Made by a program: the position numbers and the translations under genes
Notes under the pieces: generated by a model
Database searches by the model: none
Told to the model about the DNA's origin: nothing
Seen by the model: only the letters and a program-made list of their open reading frames with translations
Part shown: in pieces, positions 38,882 to 48,212 of the stretch
Position numbering within the stretch: the stretch's first letter is position 1
Layout of the letters: each line of letters opens with the position of its first letter
Sequence record: MN871445.1
Strand: one strand, 5' to 3'
Length of the DNA: 64,000 bases

Positions 38882-38901
38882 GTGGGGGCAATTGCCCCCA
38901 C
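38882..38901 (+). terminator. Palindromic hairpin
   Basis: GTGGGGGC-AATT-GCCCCCAC. Confidence 0.7.
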
Positions 38902-38920
38902 TTTATATTGAGGTAGTGTT

Positions 38921-39706
38921 ATGAGCATTCCAAAAATACACGCAGTTCTTGAGCAATTGGAGCATGAGCACAACATCAGGATTTTATATGCGTGTGAGTT
39001 AGGTAGCCGTGTTTGGGGGTTTTCTTCACCGAATAGCGATTACGATGTTCGGTTTATTTATGTTCGTCGTCCTGAAGACTATCTGTTAATACAGCCAAAG
39101 AAAGACACCATCACAACGTTTGCCGAAAACAACACGTTAGACTTGGTGGGCTGGGATTTACGTAAAGTCCTCCATGAATTGTCTAAGAGTTCAATGGCTA
39201 TCTTTGAATGGATTCATAGCCCCACGATATATCGTCGTTCCGATCTTCATGCCGATCTGGTATTACGGTCCTCACAGTGGTTCTCCAGTATTCGGGCAGA
39301 ATACTACTATAAAAATTTAGTCAAAACAAATGTGGTCAGATACACTAACAATAAAGATGCAGTTATCTGGAAAAAGTATTTTACAGTAATACGTCTTATT
39401 TTGGCTGCAATGTGGATAGAGCAATACAAGGTGCCGCCCCCGTACTCCATCGATGCTTTATTGACTATTTTACCTGAGGCTGAAAGTGACATGGTGGATG
39501 TCATCCAAGGGTTGGTCGTGGCTTTATCATCCAATCCGTACAATCACGTTCTTGTCGGCCCTGCAATCAAATCGATCCACGAGTTCACTGATAGATATCT
39601 AAATGGTCAGTTGGGCGGTGCGTATACCCTACCCGAGGTTATTCCGCACAACGTTGATATTAGTCAATTAGATGCCATTGCTGCAAAATACATACTGGAG
39701 AAATAA
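38921..39706 (+). CDS. Predicted nucleotidyltransferase (Pol-beta superfamily, YcgL-like)
   Basis: LYACELGSRVWGFSSPNSDYDVRFIY, GWDLRK, EWIHSP. Confidence 0.85.
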   Translation: MSIPKIHAVLEQLEHEHNIRILYACELGSRVWGFSSPNSDYDVRFIYVRRPEDYLLIQPKKDTITTFAENNTLDLVGWDLRKVLHELSKSSMAIFEWIHSPTIYRRSDLHADLVLRSSQWFSSIRAEYYYKNLVKTNVVRYTNNKDAVIWKKYFTVIRLILAAMWIEQYKVPPPYSIDALLTILPEAESDMVDVIQGLVVALSSNPYNHVLVGPAIKSIHEFTDRYLNGQLGGAYTLPEVIPHNVDISQLDAIAAKYILEK

Positions 39707-39708
39707 AA

Positions 39709-40227
39709 ATGTTCGACATTGGTGCTGGACAACATATTGCTTCGGGGCGAATGACCTTTACCGCAGATGCAGAAGAGATTGCGGAATACATTCGATTGGT
39801 TGTGGATTGGCCATACACCGAAAAATCTATGGCTAAATTAAAATCAAACCATCCGTTTTTTTCAGACCCCCATTCTAAAGTTCTATTTAGAACCAGTACA
39901 GCCATTCCATCGATAATCCCGACACATGCAAGAGATCTTACTTTACTTGCATCTGGCGAATGGCTGTTTCAATTTGTGGCGGTATCTCAGGCCACATTGG
40001 AAACATACGAATTATTTTTAGATTGGGTGCGGCCACACCTCACCGCCGATAGTATCGAAACCCCATTAATTCGTTTCAGTGATCTAAAACGTAATTTTTG
40101 GGGGACTAAATATAAGTGGCATCAGTTATTTATCTCTGGCACGGATATGATTGTAGAAAAGAAATATTATCCGGTTGAAGATGATAGCTGGGAGCGGCCG
40201 TGGAATCTGTACATTAGTAATTATTAA
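39709..40227 (+). CDS. Hypothetical protein (paralog of 40241)
   Basis: HPFFSD, TYELFLDWVRPH. Confidence 0.6.
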   Translation: MFDIGAGQHIASGRMTFTADAEEIAEYIRLVVDWPYTEKSMAKLKSNHPFFSDPHSKVLFRTSTAIPSIIPTHARDLTLLASGEWLFQFVAVSQATLETYELFLDWVRPHLTADSIETPLIRFSDLKRNFWGTKYKWHQLFISGTDMIVEKKYYPVEDDSWERPWNLYISNY

Positions 40228-40240
40228 GGGGGATAAATAA

Positions 40241-40738
40241 ATGGGCCATCATTTTACTACTATGGGTAAAATCACACTACGTTCGGATACGCCGCAAGAA
40301 GTGTTGGATTTTATCGTAGCGTCTAAAGACGCATCTGATTTTTATGTACCGCGACTGACGGATATCTCTCACCCTTTCTTTTCGGATACGAGGAAGTACG
40401 ATCTATTTATGTGGTCCCGAGAAGAAAACCCCTGCGTGACCCGCCGGTTTTCACTGATAACTCAAGCCGACGGTAACCATCTCTTGCATTTCGCATCGAT
40501 GTCAAAAACAACATCGCACACGTACGAGGATTTTTTGGATTGGTTGAAACCACACGTTATTATTGTGGACCCCAAAACACCATTGATTGGCGTACAGCCA
40601 GACGATGATGAATATGATAGCAATGGCCCTTCGTATTGGTGGTCAGAGCTATTTATTGTTGGTGGTGCGGTTGTGCGTAAAGACAAAAAATCCCGGCATG
40701 AAATGTGGTACAGCAAACCCTGGGATTCGTTTGACTAG
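40241..40738 (+). CDS. Hypothetical protein (paralog of 39709)
   Basis: HPFFSD, TYEDFLDWLKPH. Confidence 0.6.
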   Translation: MGHHFTTMGKITLRSDTPQEVLDFIVASKDASDFYVPRLTDISHPFFSDTRKYDLFMWSREENPCVTRRFSLITQADGNHLLHFASMSKTTSHTYEDFLDWLKPHVIIVDPKTPLIGVQPDDDEYDSNGPSYWWSELFIVGGAVVRKDKKSRHEMWYSKPWDSFD

Positions 40739-40747
40739 CGGCATATA

Positions 40748-40767
40748 GGGAGGGCAATTGCCCTCCC
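40748..40767. terminator. Hairpin between convergent genes
   Basis: GGGAGGGC-AATT-GCCCTCCC; TATATGCC follows on the - strand. Confidence 0.8.
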
Positions 40768-40787
40768 TCATTTATATTGGCTTTTTT

Positions 40788-41228
40788 TTATTTCAGTGCA
40801 TGTACTGTTTTGCCATTGCTATTGACGATGTAGAGTTCATCGCCCGGGTAAAAGAACTCGTAATCCACAGTACATTCTTCAGGACCATTGATGTGAGTCA
40901 CTAATACCCCGATGGCGTCAGTAACCTCGTTGGTGCCTGGGGACGCACCTAACAGCACCGTTTCTTTACCATATACGTTGTCGCGATATACGGTAACACC
41001 AGAAATCTGAAATGATTCCATACCACCCAACTCAACCGTCTCACCCTGAACTTCACGGACTGATTCTGCTGTCCGTAGAATTTCATCAAAATCGTCTGGG
41101 TCAGTAGGATTTTTGGTGTAGTTGATGGCTTCGTTGTAGGCTTTCCCGTGCCGGGTGCCGATGGTGATGTCTTCATCGTGTTCTGATAAATGGATATCGC
41201 CATTGATAATACGTTTTACTGTTAACAT
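40788..41228 (-). CDS. Hypothetical protein (isolated reverse-strand gene)
   Basis: AGGA RBS on - strand; C-terminal YIVNSNGKTV. Confidence 0.65.
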   Translation of the reverse strand: MLTVKRIINGDIHLSEHDEDITIGTRHGKAYNEAINYTKNPTDPDDFDEILRTAESVREVQGETVELGGMESFQISGVTVYRDNVYGKETVLLGASPGTNEVTDAIGVLVTHINGPEECTVDYEFFYPGDELYIVNSNGKTVHALK

Positions 41229-41380
41229 AGTTTATATTCCTGTTGCTATTAATAGTGCTAGTAGTGGTGAGTTGTGGCAATAAACCACATAGTATTGTGT
41301 GGTTTTAATGATGAAGTTATTTTTTACTGGGTTGTAGTATCACATGACATATCCAACATTCCTCTGAGGGGAGCACTAAC

Positions 41381-42139
41381 ATGTCTCTTATTTCTTATGT
41401 TGTTGATTTTTTCACTCCAGCGTCGGTTAAGAAAAGACGTGCAGATGCCGAATTACGTCACGATATATATTCCATTCTGGAAGCAATTCGATTTTTACTC
41501 GGCATCAGTATTGGTTCAGCTAAACGCGATAAACATCCGGTTTACGGTCGGTGGGATGAATTCCATGGTCAGGTTGGCTCGTGCGGACTATTGACTGAAG
41601 TTGCCCCGGGGGTCATCCTAGTTACCCATGCGGCAGGTTCCACCCTACCTAAAGAGTTATTGGTGGACAAGTTGCAACAATATGCTCTTACCTCTGGATT
41701 CGATGGTTATACTTTTCAATTATCCATGCAGCGTGGCATGCACCGGCTGGAGGGGGTTCCCGGAGAAGAAGCCTCTGGCACCGTCGGGTACCTAATAGAT
41801 GAAAGTAAATTCAAAGCATTTATTAAACGAACCCCCAACAAAGGTTTGCGAGTATCGGCATTGCGCGCCCACCTAACGGACCTATTGACTATCGCCAGCA
41901 GGCACAATTATCAACTACCGTTTGGTGGCTGGTCGCCAGTGATCGTTAATACCGGCGACGGTGTGGTATCGGTGACCTTTTTTTACTCGGGGTCTTTACC
42001 CTACTGCGATGCTGCAGCCACCATTAAAATACTGGGTAAATCTTTGGTTGGGGCATTTCCCAAATACGATGTTATGCCCGGTAGTATGGTCGATAGGACC
42101 CTTACATTCAAACTGCACCAAACACAAACAACCGATTGA
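41381..42139 (+). CDS. Hypothetical protein
   Basis: GGGAG RBS. Confidence 0.65.
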   Translation: MSLISYVVDFFTPASVKKRRADAELRHDIYSILEAIRFLLGISIGSAKRDKHPVYGRWDEFHGQVGSCGLLTEVAPGVILVTHAAGSTLPKELLVDKLQQYALTSGFDGYTFQLSMQRGMHRLEGVPGEEASGTVGYLIDESKFKAFIKRTPNKGLRVSALRAHLTDLLTIASRHNYQLPFGGWSPVIVNTGDGVVSVTFFYSGSLPYCDAAATIKILGKSLVGAFPKYDVMPGSMVDRTLTFKLHQTQTTD

Positions 42140-42154
42140 AAATAATTATGCGGC

Positions 42155-42162
42155 TATATTAC
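42155..42162 (+). promoter_or_regulatory. phiKZ-type early promoter element TATATTAC
   Basis: Exact octamer, intergenic. Confidence 0.7.
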
Positions 42163-42194
42163 TGTAATGATAACCAGTAATGAGGTATAGCCCC

Positions 42195-42440
42195 ATGAGT
42201 AACCAAAATTATTTTCCGTGGATGCAATCTAAAGTCGCTAAATTATATCCCGATCTTACCGCAAAACAAGTAAGGCATATTTGCAATATTATCACCAACT
42301 ACCTCAGATCTTTTAAAAATGATATCTGGGGGGTTGAGGTAGCAAATATGCCGTTTAATCGAAATGACCCCGGTTATTTTTCTTATCATAAGGTATCGGT
42401 GTGTGGGGTTACTGTGTTTATAAGAATAACGGTGGATTAG
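42195..42440 (+). CDS. Hypothetical protein
   Basis: GAGG RBS before ATG 42195. Confidence 0.55.
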   Translation: MSNQNYFPWMQSKVAKLYPDLTAKQVRHICNIITNYLRSFKNDIWGVEVANMPFNRNDPGYFSYHKVSVCGVTVFIRITVD

Positions 42441-42442
42441 CG

Positions 42443-43042
42443 ATGGATTCCAAACAGCAATTACGCGCGGAATATTTCTTTATGGGTTTGGTAAAGGAAT
42501 ATCGTAGAACATTCAAACCGTGTAGTGACCCCTCATGGAGACAGGTTTCTGTATGGCAATATGCTCCTCACCTGAAACCTAGTCGGGCGTGGGAGCGTAG
42601 TCTGGCAGAAATGAACGGCGTGTGCTGGAATGACCCATGGCATACTGGGATTTGTTTGCCGATAGCCTTGTTTGCCAAGGCTTGGTTTAAAGATGTTTTG
42701 GGATTGTCTGCCGAACTCTGCGCAATTAAAACCAGAATGGATTTATGTGGGATTATATTACCCAACATGCCTTGGTCATTTTTACATGCGGTGATTAAAT
42801 GTAATGGGCGGTTTTATGACACTTTCATCCCCCGGGGAACAACGTCATTTAAAAAAGTCTATGGTGGAGATGTAGCCCATCAAGGTATGTCGTCTAAAAT
42901 AGTACCGCACAGCCATACTGAGTTTAATGTAGGCCAGATGAAAGCCATATTCCAAGATTTTATTTTACCGATGAAACAGAAGATGTATCCAGAAGGTATT
43001 GCGGATACTGAGTTTCAATCGATATTTAAGGAACTGCTATGA
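42443..43042 (+). CDS. Hypothetical protein
   Basis: GIC...FA; HAVIKCNGRFYD (loosely papain-like C/H/D spacing). Confidence 0.55.
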   Translation: MDSKQQLRAEYFFMGLVKEYRRTFKPCSDPSWRQVSVWQYAPHLKPSRAWERSLAEMNGVCWNDPWHTGICLPIALFAKAWFKDVLGLSAELCAIKTRMDLCGIILPNMPWSFLHAVIKCNGRFYDTFIPRGTTSFKKVYGGDVAHQGMSSKIVPHSHTEFNVGQMKAIFQDFILPMKQKMYPEGIADTEFQSIFKELL

Positions 43043-43317
43043 TCGAATGGTTCTTTTTAAAAACGTATATTTCTGAGGCGTACCAGGCAATCAGAAAGTG
43101 GTTTCGCAAAGATACTAAAGTAAAGAATATCTTTGCCCACAGTGCAAATGGCGAGTTATGTCGCCATTGTCATCAACCGATGTACACTAAGCAGGGTATT
43201 ATAAAAACCCCAGCCTCTGGAAAAATCCATCAGGCCTGTTACTCTGGTTTTCTTGAGGGCTATGTCGATGAGATAATAGCTAAACGTAAAGAAAAGGAAA
43301 AGACAAATGCCGATTAA
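43039..43317 (+). CDS. Hypothetical protein with CxxC...HxxC
   Basis: CRHC, HQAC. Confidence 0.55.
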   Translation: MIEWFFLKTYISEAYQAIRKWFRKDTKVKNIFAHSANGELCRHCHQPMYTKQGIIKTPASGKIHQACYSGFLEGYVDEIIAKRKEKEKTNAD

Positions 43318-43495
43318 ACTATCTGGGTGTAATTTTACTGGGAATGACACCAATTCAGTCAATATGACGCTGCCCGCGGGAACCAAGATCAAGTGCGATT
43401 CTTGTGGCAAAACAACCACGGTTGAAAAAGGAGGAACTACAGACGTCAGATGTACTGAGTGCCAATCCACCAATGTTACCGTCACCACTCCATGA
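43307..43495 (+). CDS. Small zinc-ribbon protein
   Basis: CDSC...CTEC; AAGGA RBS. Confidence 0.65.
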   Translation: MPIKLSGCNFTGNDTNSVNMTLPAGTKIKCDSCGKTTTVEKGGTTDVRCTECQSTNVTVTTP

Positions 43496-43502
43496 GGTAT
43501 TT

Positions 43503-43808
43503 ATGCCAAATCTTAAATTAGCGGGATGTCGGGTTAGTCTCTATGACTACGACCATACCGGGCACCCACAAAAATACATGAAATCACTGGGTATCGATGT
43601 CGGGCTTGCCGTACCTCAAAGCCTGCACGATTCATGGTGGTTTTTCATGTGCAGCAATGTACCCGATCCACTGCCGGAATACATCACCGAAATGAAACCA
43701 TTCAACCCATTGGATTATGTTGGGTATGGGTTGTCTCAAGAAGATGCCGAAAAGATAACCAGTTGGATGGTTGAAAACCAAATCGAAGTGCCGCCAAGAA
43801 AAGCGTAA
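43503..43808 (+). CDS. Hypothetical protein
   Basis: GAGG RBS before ATG 43503. Confidence 0.6.
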   Translation: MPNLKLAGCRVSLYDYDHTGHPQKYMKSLGIDVGLAVPQSLHDSWWFFMCSNVPDPLPEYITEMKPFNPLDYVGYGLSQEDAEKITSWMVENQIEVPPRKA

Positions 43809-43885
43809 TTACCCATCGCAGTGTAATAACCCATAAGCCACTCCATTATCGGTTTGTTGGCTTCTACCTATAGAGGAAAAGAATC

Positions 43886-44545
43886 ATGTTGAATTTAAAC
43901 GATGTACTGCCAGATACCCCAGTCCGTTCTGATTACGACAAATATAAAAACGGCAAAGATTTGCATTTATCCGGTTTCCCGTCCCCGCTGGACCGGACTA
44001 TTAATGATCCACTTTACTTCATTTCAGCGGATATCGCTTTACGCTATTTCAAAGCCATCGCCACTCGGTTTGACTACGACCCGGTACACACTGCCGAACA
44101 CGTCACCAAAAGCCTGCAGGTTGAGTTTCTGAAGTACGCCCGCCGGGTGGGTTGGTGGACTGCCCATGTGTGCGGTGGCATGATTGTGTTGGAAGCCCGG
44201 ATTGAACATAACGGGAAGCGGATAGCCGTGTATCCAGAAACCCTACGCCAGACCAAAGTGTATCGCGGGTTAACTGTAAGTTTGACTGGTTCTGGTAGCT
44301 CTTCGTTGCATGGGCTCATTACTGCGGGCGATTTCCATAAACATATTTACCCAGAAGGTTCCTTTATTTTGGGCATCAATAATACAGCCTGTAATGGCGA
44401 AGTACTCGGTAACCGAGACGGGTTGTGGACCAACGGCCGCGATTGTGTGGAGTTCGATTTGGCCGCAGGTAATTTTGGCTGGAATGTTTCCGCCGACCAG
44501 GTAGAACTGACCTTTGATCTGTTGGTTGATTGTCCGGTGGAGTAA
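43886..44545 (+). CDS. Hypothetical protein
   Basis: GAGG RBS. Confidence 0.6.
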   Translation: MLNLNDVLPDTPVRSDYDKYKNGKDLHLSGFPSPLDRTINDPLYFISADIALRYFKAIATRFDYDPVHTAEHVTKSLQVEFLKYARRVGWWTAHVCGGMIVLEARIEHNGKRIAVYPETLRQTKVYRGLTVSLTGSGSSSLHGLITAGDFHKHIYPEGSFILGINNTACNGEVLGNRDGLWTNGRDCVEFDLAAGNFGWNVSADQVELTFDLLVDCPVE

Positions 44546-44551
44546 AAAAAC

Positions 44552-44992
44552 ATGACGACATTATCGGTGATAGTTGGTCGGTTTGGTATCCCAAACCGCA
44601 ATGGCGATATTTTCCAGATTGATGAAGAAGTGCTTCGGTCTCGGATGGATAAAATGGTGGGTACCTGTGTGGGGGAGGTTGGCCAGAAAAATATCTGTTG
44701 GGAGGCATCGCAATTCGAGGACTTTGCTGAAAGACGCCACAGAATGGAAACCGTGGATACTTCGAAAAGCGCCGGAGTTTTGATGGGTTACCAAGTCTAC
44801 CATGACTTGGATGACAATCTTATTGTTATTGGTGAGATTTCACCATCATCACAATTATTGGGTCTTTTGGAGTGCGACCCATCGCCAACTTTCGGCATCC
44901 GAAGCGTAACCCGTTCATTAGATTCGGAGCAAAAGGCCCGTGAGATTCTGAAATTAATCTCGTTTGATTATTTACCGCCCACTGAGAGATAA
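44552..44992 (+). CDS. Hypothetical protein, possibly degenerate prohead-protease-like fold
   Basis: NRNGD, GEVGQ, FGIRS motifs. Confidence 0.5.
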   Translation: MTTLSVIVGRFGIPNRNGDIFQIDEEVLRSRMDKMVGTCVGEVGQKNICWEASQFEDFAERRHRMETVDTSKSAGVLMGYQVYHDLDDNLIVIGEISPSSQLLGLLECDPSPTFGIRSVTRSLDSEQKAREILKLISFDYLPPTER

Positions 44993-44999
44993 AACGAAT

Positions 45000-45239
45000 A
45001 TGGACTTAGATGGCGTTGAAATTGAAGATGTGTTTAATCGGGAGGAGGGTGTCGAGGAGATTCCGGCAGAAATAGACATGTCCGAACTAACCCGACTGGG
45101 TATCCCGATAGGATACTGGGGTCTTCGTACATTAATCCCCCACCCACCAGAAAAAAGTTTCCCGTATATTCGCTTCTTTAAGGAAGGCAAACATTCTACG
45201 GGTAAACGTTCCAAAACCAAATCCAAGCGGAGAAAATAA
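45000..45239 (+). CDS. Hypothetical protein, basic C-tail
   Basis: ORF in array. Confidence 0.55.
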   Translation: MDLDGVEIEDVFNREEGVEEIPAEIDMSELTRLGIPIGYWGLRTLIPHPPEKSFPYIRFFKEGKHSTGKRSKTKSKRRK

Positions 45240-45292
45240 ATGCAGTACTATCAAGTGCGTCCTCGATTACCTACGTAATCGGAGATATCGAC

Positions 45293-45454
45293 ATGTCAAG
45301 AACGAAACGCGGTTCCAAACCGGCAGGGTACGACTACTTTGGCCCCAGACCATATTCTCAGGGCGCCATAGGAAAAGAAACAAAAGTCATTACCCATCGG
45401 ATAGAGCGCCGTCGTTCTAAAAACCTGGTACGAAAAGAATTATCAGAATTGTAA
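45293..45454 (+). CDS. Small basic protein (53 aa, not in ORF track)
   Basis: MSRTKRGSKPAGYDYFGPRP...THRIERRRSK; GGAG RBS. Confidence 0.7.
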   Translation: MSRTKRGSKPAGYDYFGPRPYSQGAIGKETKVITHRIERRRSKNLVRKELSEL

Positions 45455-45458
45455 GTTC

Positions 45459-45480
45459 GGGAGGGGGATAACCCCCTCCC
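45459..45480 (+). terminator. Hairpin
   Basis: GGGAGGGGG-ATAA-CCCCCTCCC then TTTTATGCC. Confidence 0.8.
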
Positions 45481-45510
45481 TTTTATGCCGATCTTTTGGG
45501 AGAAACCCGT

Positions 45511-45933
45511 ATGGCCAGAATCACTACAACCAAAAAACCACGCGCCCGGGACTTAATGGAAGTTGCCATTTTATTGGTTACCTTACTCGTCGCCGTGCAT
45601 TACGATTATGAATTACTTACGTTCATATCCTCAGTATACACCATCGCCGCCTGTTTGGGCATGTTGCTAGGATGCGCCATTACCACAATCAAAGTAGTAA
45701 TGGCTCCACCCGAAAGGACTCCCTTATTTAACGAATTGTTGTACAGATGCCGCCCCAATGACGGATGGCAGGCAATACACGCAGGTATCTGGTGTTTGTG
45801 TAGTATAATTTTTATTCATAGCCATCATCCTACGATTGCCATGTTTGCAATATTCCACGGCATTTTCTTTATGGGATGGTGGTGGTGGATTGTAAGTTAT
45901 TCCGATAATAGATTGCGGAATGAAATTAAATGA
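45511..45933 (+). CDS. Membrane protein (about 4 TM segments)
   Basis: Hydrophobic segments; GGGAG RBS. Confidence 0.6.
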   Translation: MARITTTKKPRARDLMEVAILLVTLLVAVHYDYELLTFISSVYTIAACLGMLLGCAITTIKVVMAPPERTPLFNELLYRCRPNDGWQAIHAGIWCLCSIIFIHSHHPTIAMFAIFHGIFFMGWWWWIVSYSDNRLRNEIK

Positions 45934-45969
45934 GCATTCTGATATTGAATCAGAATTTGTGAGGTATTT

Positions 45970-46395
45970 TTGATGAACAAAAATAAACATGAATTGATGG
46001 CTGAAGTGCAGAAATTCCTCGACAATAAAGGATATGAATATCGCATGCCTTTTGCCCTCAAACGGGCCATCGAAGATACTTTGGCTGACGCGAGGACGTG
46101 TAAGGACGATGATGATGTTAAGTGGGTCGAAAACACTTTGGATATTATCGTTGAAGGCATTACTCACTTCAAAGAAGAAGTTCTGAAGCAAGCTAGATAT
46201 TCTGCACAATGCCCGCACGCCGAATATCTGCCGGCCACATACACTCATCAGCGTAGGGTGATGGGCTACATGTTCGTATATCAACATAAATGCGCTGCGT
46301 GCGGATATGTTGAAACAGTACAAGTGCGGGACGACAAAGATAAACCAGATTGGGCCGCCGATGCACGTCAAGAGTACTACAACAATTCTATTTAG
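45970..46395 (+). CDS. Hypothetical protein with CPH...CAAC zinc site
   Basis: GAGG RBS. Confidence 0.6.
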   Translation: MMNKNKHELMAEVQKFLDNKGYEYRMPFALKRAIEDTLADARTCKDDDDVKWVENTLDIIVEGITHFKEEVLKQARYSAQCPHAEYLPATYTHQRRVMGYMFVYQHKCAACGYVETVQVRDDKDKPDWAADARQEYYNNSI

Positions 46396-46405
46396 GGGGG
46401 TAAAA

Positions 46406-46834
46406 ATGAACGTTATCAAAATCGGTGACGAGTTAGCTAAAAACCTGAGTCTTTTAAAGGTAACCCTGGCCAGCTGTAACCGGCTAAACTATTATGGTAC
46501 CGCATTGGTTGATTTGGAACGTTCCCGCGATGAAGTCCTTGCGGTGACTAAAAACATCACCCACATTTTCAACACAATAGCTCTGGGGCAAGATACCTGG
46601 ACTAAAGCAGAGCTTGTCGATTTATTTAATCGAGAGATGTCGACCAATATGGTGCGCCAATACAACATCTGGGTGAATATAGATGGCAATCATAATTGGG
46701 CACTATACGGCACCGGTGAAGGCACTTCTTTTGAAGAAGCGTGCGAGTCCTTCTTTAAAAATCACGTAGTGGCGTTTGATAGAACCACCATGACTGTGGA
46801 AGGTCGTGCGGTTAAATCACATCCGGATGAGTAA
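46406..46834 (+). CDS. Hypothetical protein
   Basis: GGGGG RBS; GTGEGTSFEEAC. Confidence 0.6.
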   Translation: MNVIKIGDELAKNLSLLKVTLASCNRLNYYGTALVDLERSRDEVLAVTKNITHIFNTIALGQDTWTKAELVDLFNREMSTNMVRQYNIWVNIDGNHNWALYGTGEGTSFEEACESFFKNHVVAFDRTTMTVEGRAVKSHPDE

Positions 46835-46848
46835 TTGATGGGGGTAAG

Positions 46849-47340
46849 ATGATCATTGCTTATTTGAAAGGAAAATATTTCGTCAGTATTTTTGGTAAAG
46901 TGTATACCAATGAAATAGGTGTGATGAAAGTCCCCCTAAACCCAAATGCGTTTTCATTCCAGACCCATAAAGGGGTAATCGGAATATCTGCCTTTGGTTA
47001 TCATCGAATGGTTCAATTACGAAGTTTATTGCCGGGGTATGGTGGCAAATCCGTCTTCGCGACGGAGCCCACCGGTGGGTCATTTGAGGTCAACTATCTG
47101 GGCAATATATATCTGGTTCAGAAAACTAAGCAATATATTGTCCACGGTAAACGATTAAACTATCTTCAGGACCAATATACTGTTTTATCCATCAATGGGG
47201 TGTCGGAACAACCTTTCACCAACACGTGCTTCGCACAAAAATCAGATATATTGACCATCAAACATTATCTCCAAATGAGAAAGTTGTTTAAGCCTGGTTT
47301 TATCGAGGTATCGACAATAACCGTAATGTATTTGTTTTAA
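46849..47340 (+). CDS. Hypothetical protein
   Basis: ORF in array. Confidence 0.5.
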   Translation: MIIAYLKGKYFVSIFGKVYTNEIGVMKVPLNPNAFSFQTHKGVIGISAFGYHRMVQLRSLLPGYGGKSVFATEPTGGSFEVNYLGNIYLVQKTKQYIVHGKRLNYLQDQYTVLSINGVSEQPFTNTCFAQKSDILTIKHYLQMRKLFKPGFIEVSTITVMYLF

Positions 47341-47352
47341 GGTTGAGTAAAT

Positions 47353-47706
47353 ATGAACGTATATATCGATGACTTGCGTGACCCCGTGAAATACCTTTCA
47401 CCAGAGTTGGCAAAGGACATTATCTGGGTAAAGAAATGGTGGGACGCTAAGGCATTCCTGCACGACAATCAAGATAAAATCGAAGTGATCCATTTCGATC
47501 ATTACATGGACGTGCGAGACCACACTGGCGGGGATCTACTGGAAATGGTTTATTTCTATAAGACCCGTGTTGATGAATTCCCGTTGTTGAAAACGGTGTA
47601 TTTACATTCCAGCGACAGTACCGTGGTGGAGCGTTTGATTACCCGGTTCAAAGATAAGTTCGCCAAACATGGCGTTGAGATGGTTAATAACTCCCAGCGG
47701 TTTTAG
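47353..47706 (+). CDS. Cyclic-phosphate-processing receiver-like domain protein
   Basis: VYIDDLRDP...IHFDHYM...TGGDLL...VYLHS. Confidence 0.7.
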   Translation: MNVYIDDLRDPVKYLSPELAKDIIWVKKWWDAKAFLHDNQDKIEVIHFDHYMDVRDHTGGDLLEMVYFYKTRVDEFPLLKTVYLHSSDSTVVERLITRFKDKFAKHGVEMVNNSQRF

Positions 47707-47746
47707 TTAGTTGAATGCATTAAGATTCCAAACGAGGGAATCAATC

Positions 47747-48118
47747 ATGGCAGAAGAAAACAAAATAGTACTTAAAGGGTGTAGTTTACGTTTACCGTAT
47801 GGTATCAAAACCGGAGAAGTATCCGATGGGTACCATACCTTCGATGAGCTTTATGCACACCGAATACGGTTGTTTTCCACCCTCATGCATGCCTACCCAC
47901 ATTTATCCTGGTGGAGCAGAAAACAGTCTGATGGGCAGGAATTCAAGGGTTGGGTATTGGCGGGGATTAAAACACCTACCGGTGAGGTTACCTACTGCCT
48001 GCCAGAATCCGAGGTGATGTATTTACCGGAAGGGACGGAGCTGGAAGTCGGTAAAGAATGGGACGGACATGTTGGGGATGATGTCCTCAAACGACTGTTA
48101 TCTCTGCGCATGGAATAA
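47747..48118 (+). CDS. Conserved phage protein (SDGYHTFDELY family)
   Basis: GEVSDGYHTFDELYAHR...WDGH. Confidence 0.7.
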   Translation: MAEENKIVLKGCSLRLPYGIKTGEVSDGYHTFDELYAHRIRLFSTLMHAYPHLSWWSRKQSDGQEFKGWVLAGIKTPTGEVTYCLPESEVMYLPEGTELEVGKEWDGHVGDDVLKRLLSLRME

Positions 48119-48128
48119 CGATATATCT

Positions 48129-48146
48129 GGGAGGGCGAAAGCCCTC
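48129..48146 (+). terminator. Hairpin
   Basis: GGAGGGC-GAAA-GCCCTCC then CTTTATGCC. Confidence 0.75.
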
Positions 48147-48212
48147 CCTTTATGCCATCTCTTTTTTATTTGTCGTCACAACAATATAGGGTATTACTAC
48201 AGGAATATAATT

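Noticed and set aside
17184-48146. Recurrent GGGAGGG(C/T)-N4-GCCCTCCC as CRISPR or REP repeats
   Set aside because: Isolated, irregularly spaced copies at gene ends; behave as terminators; no spacers or cas genes.
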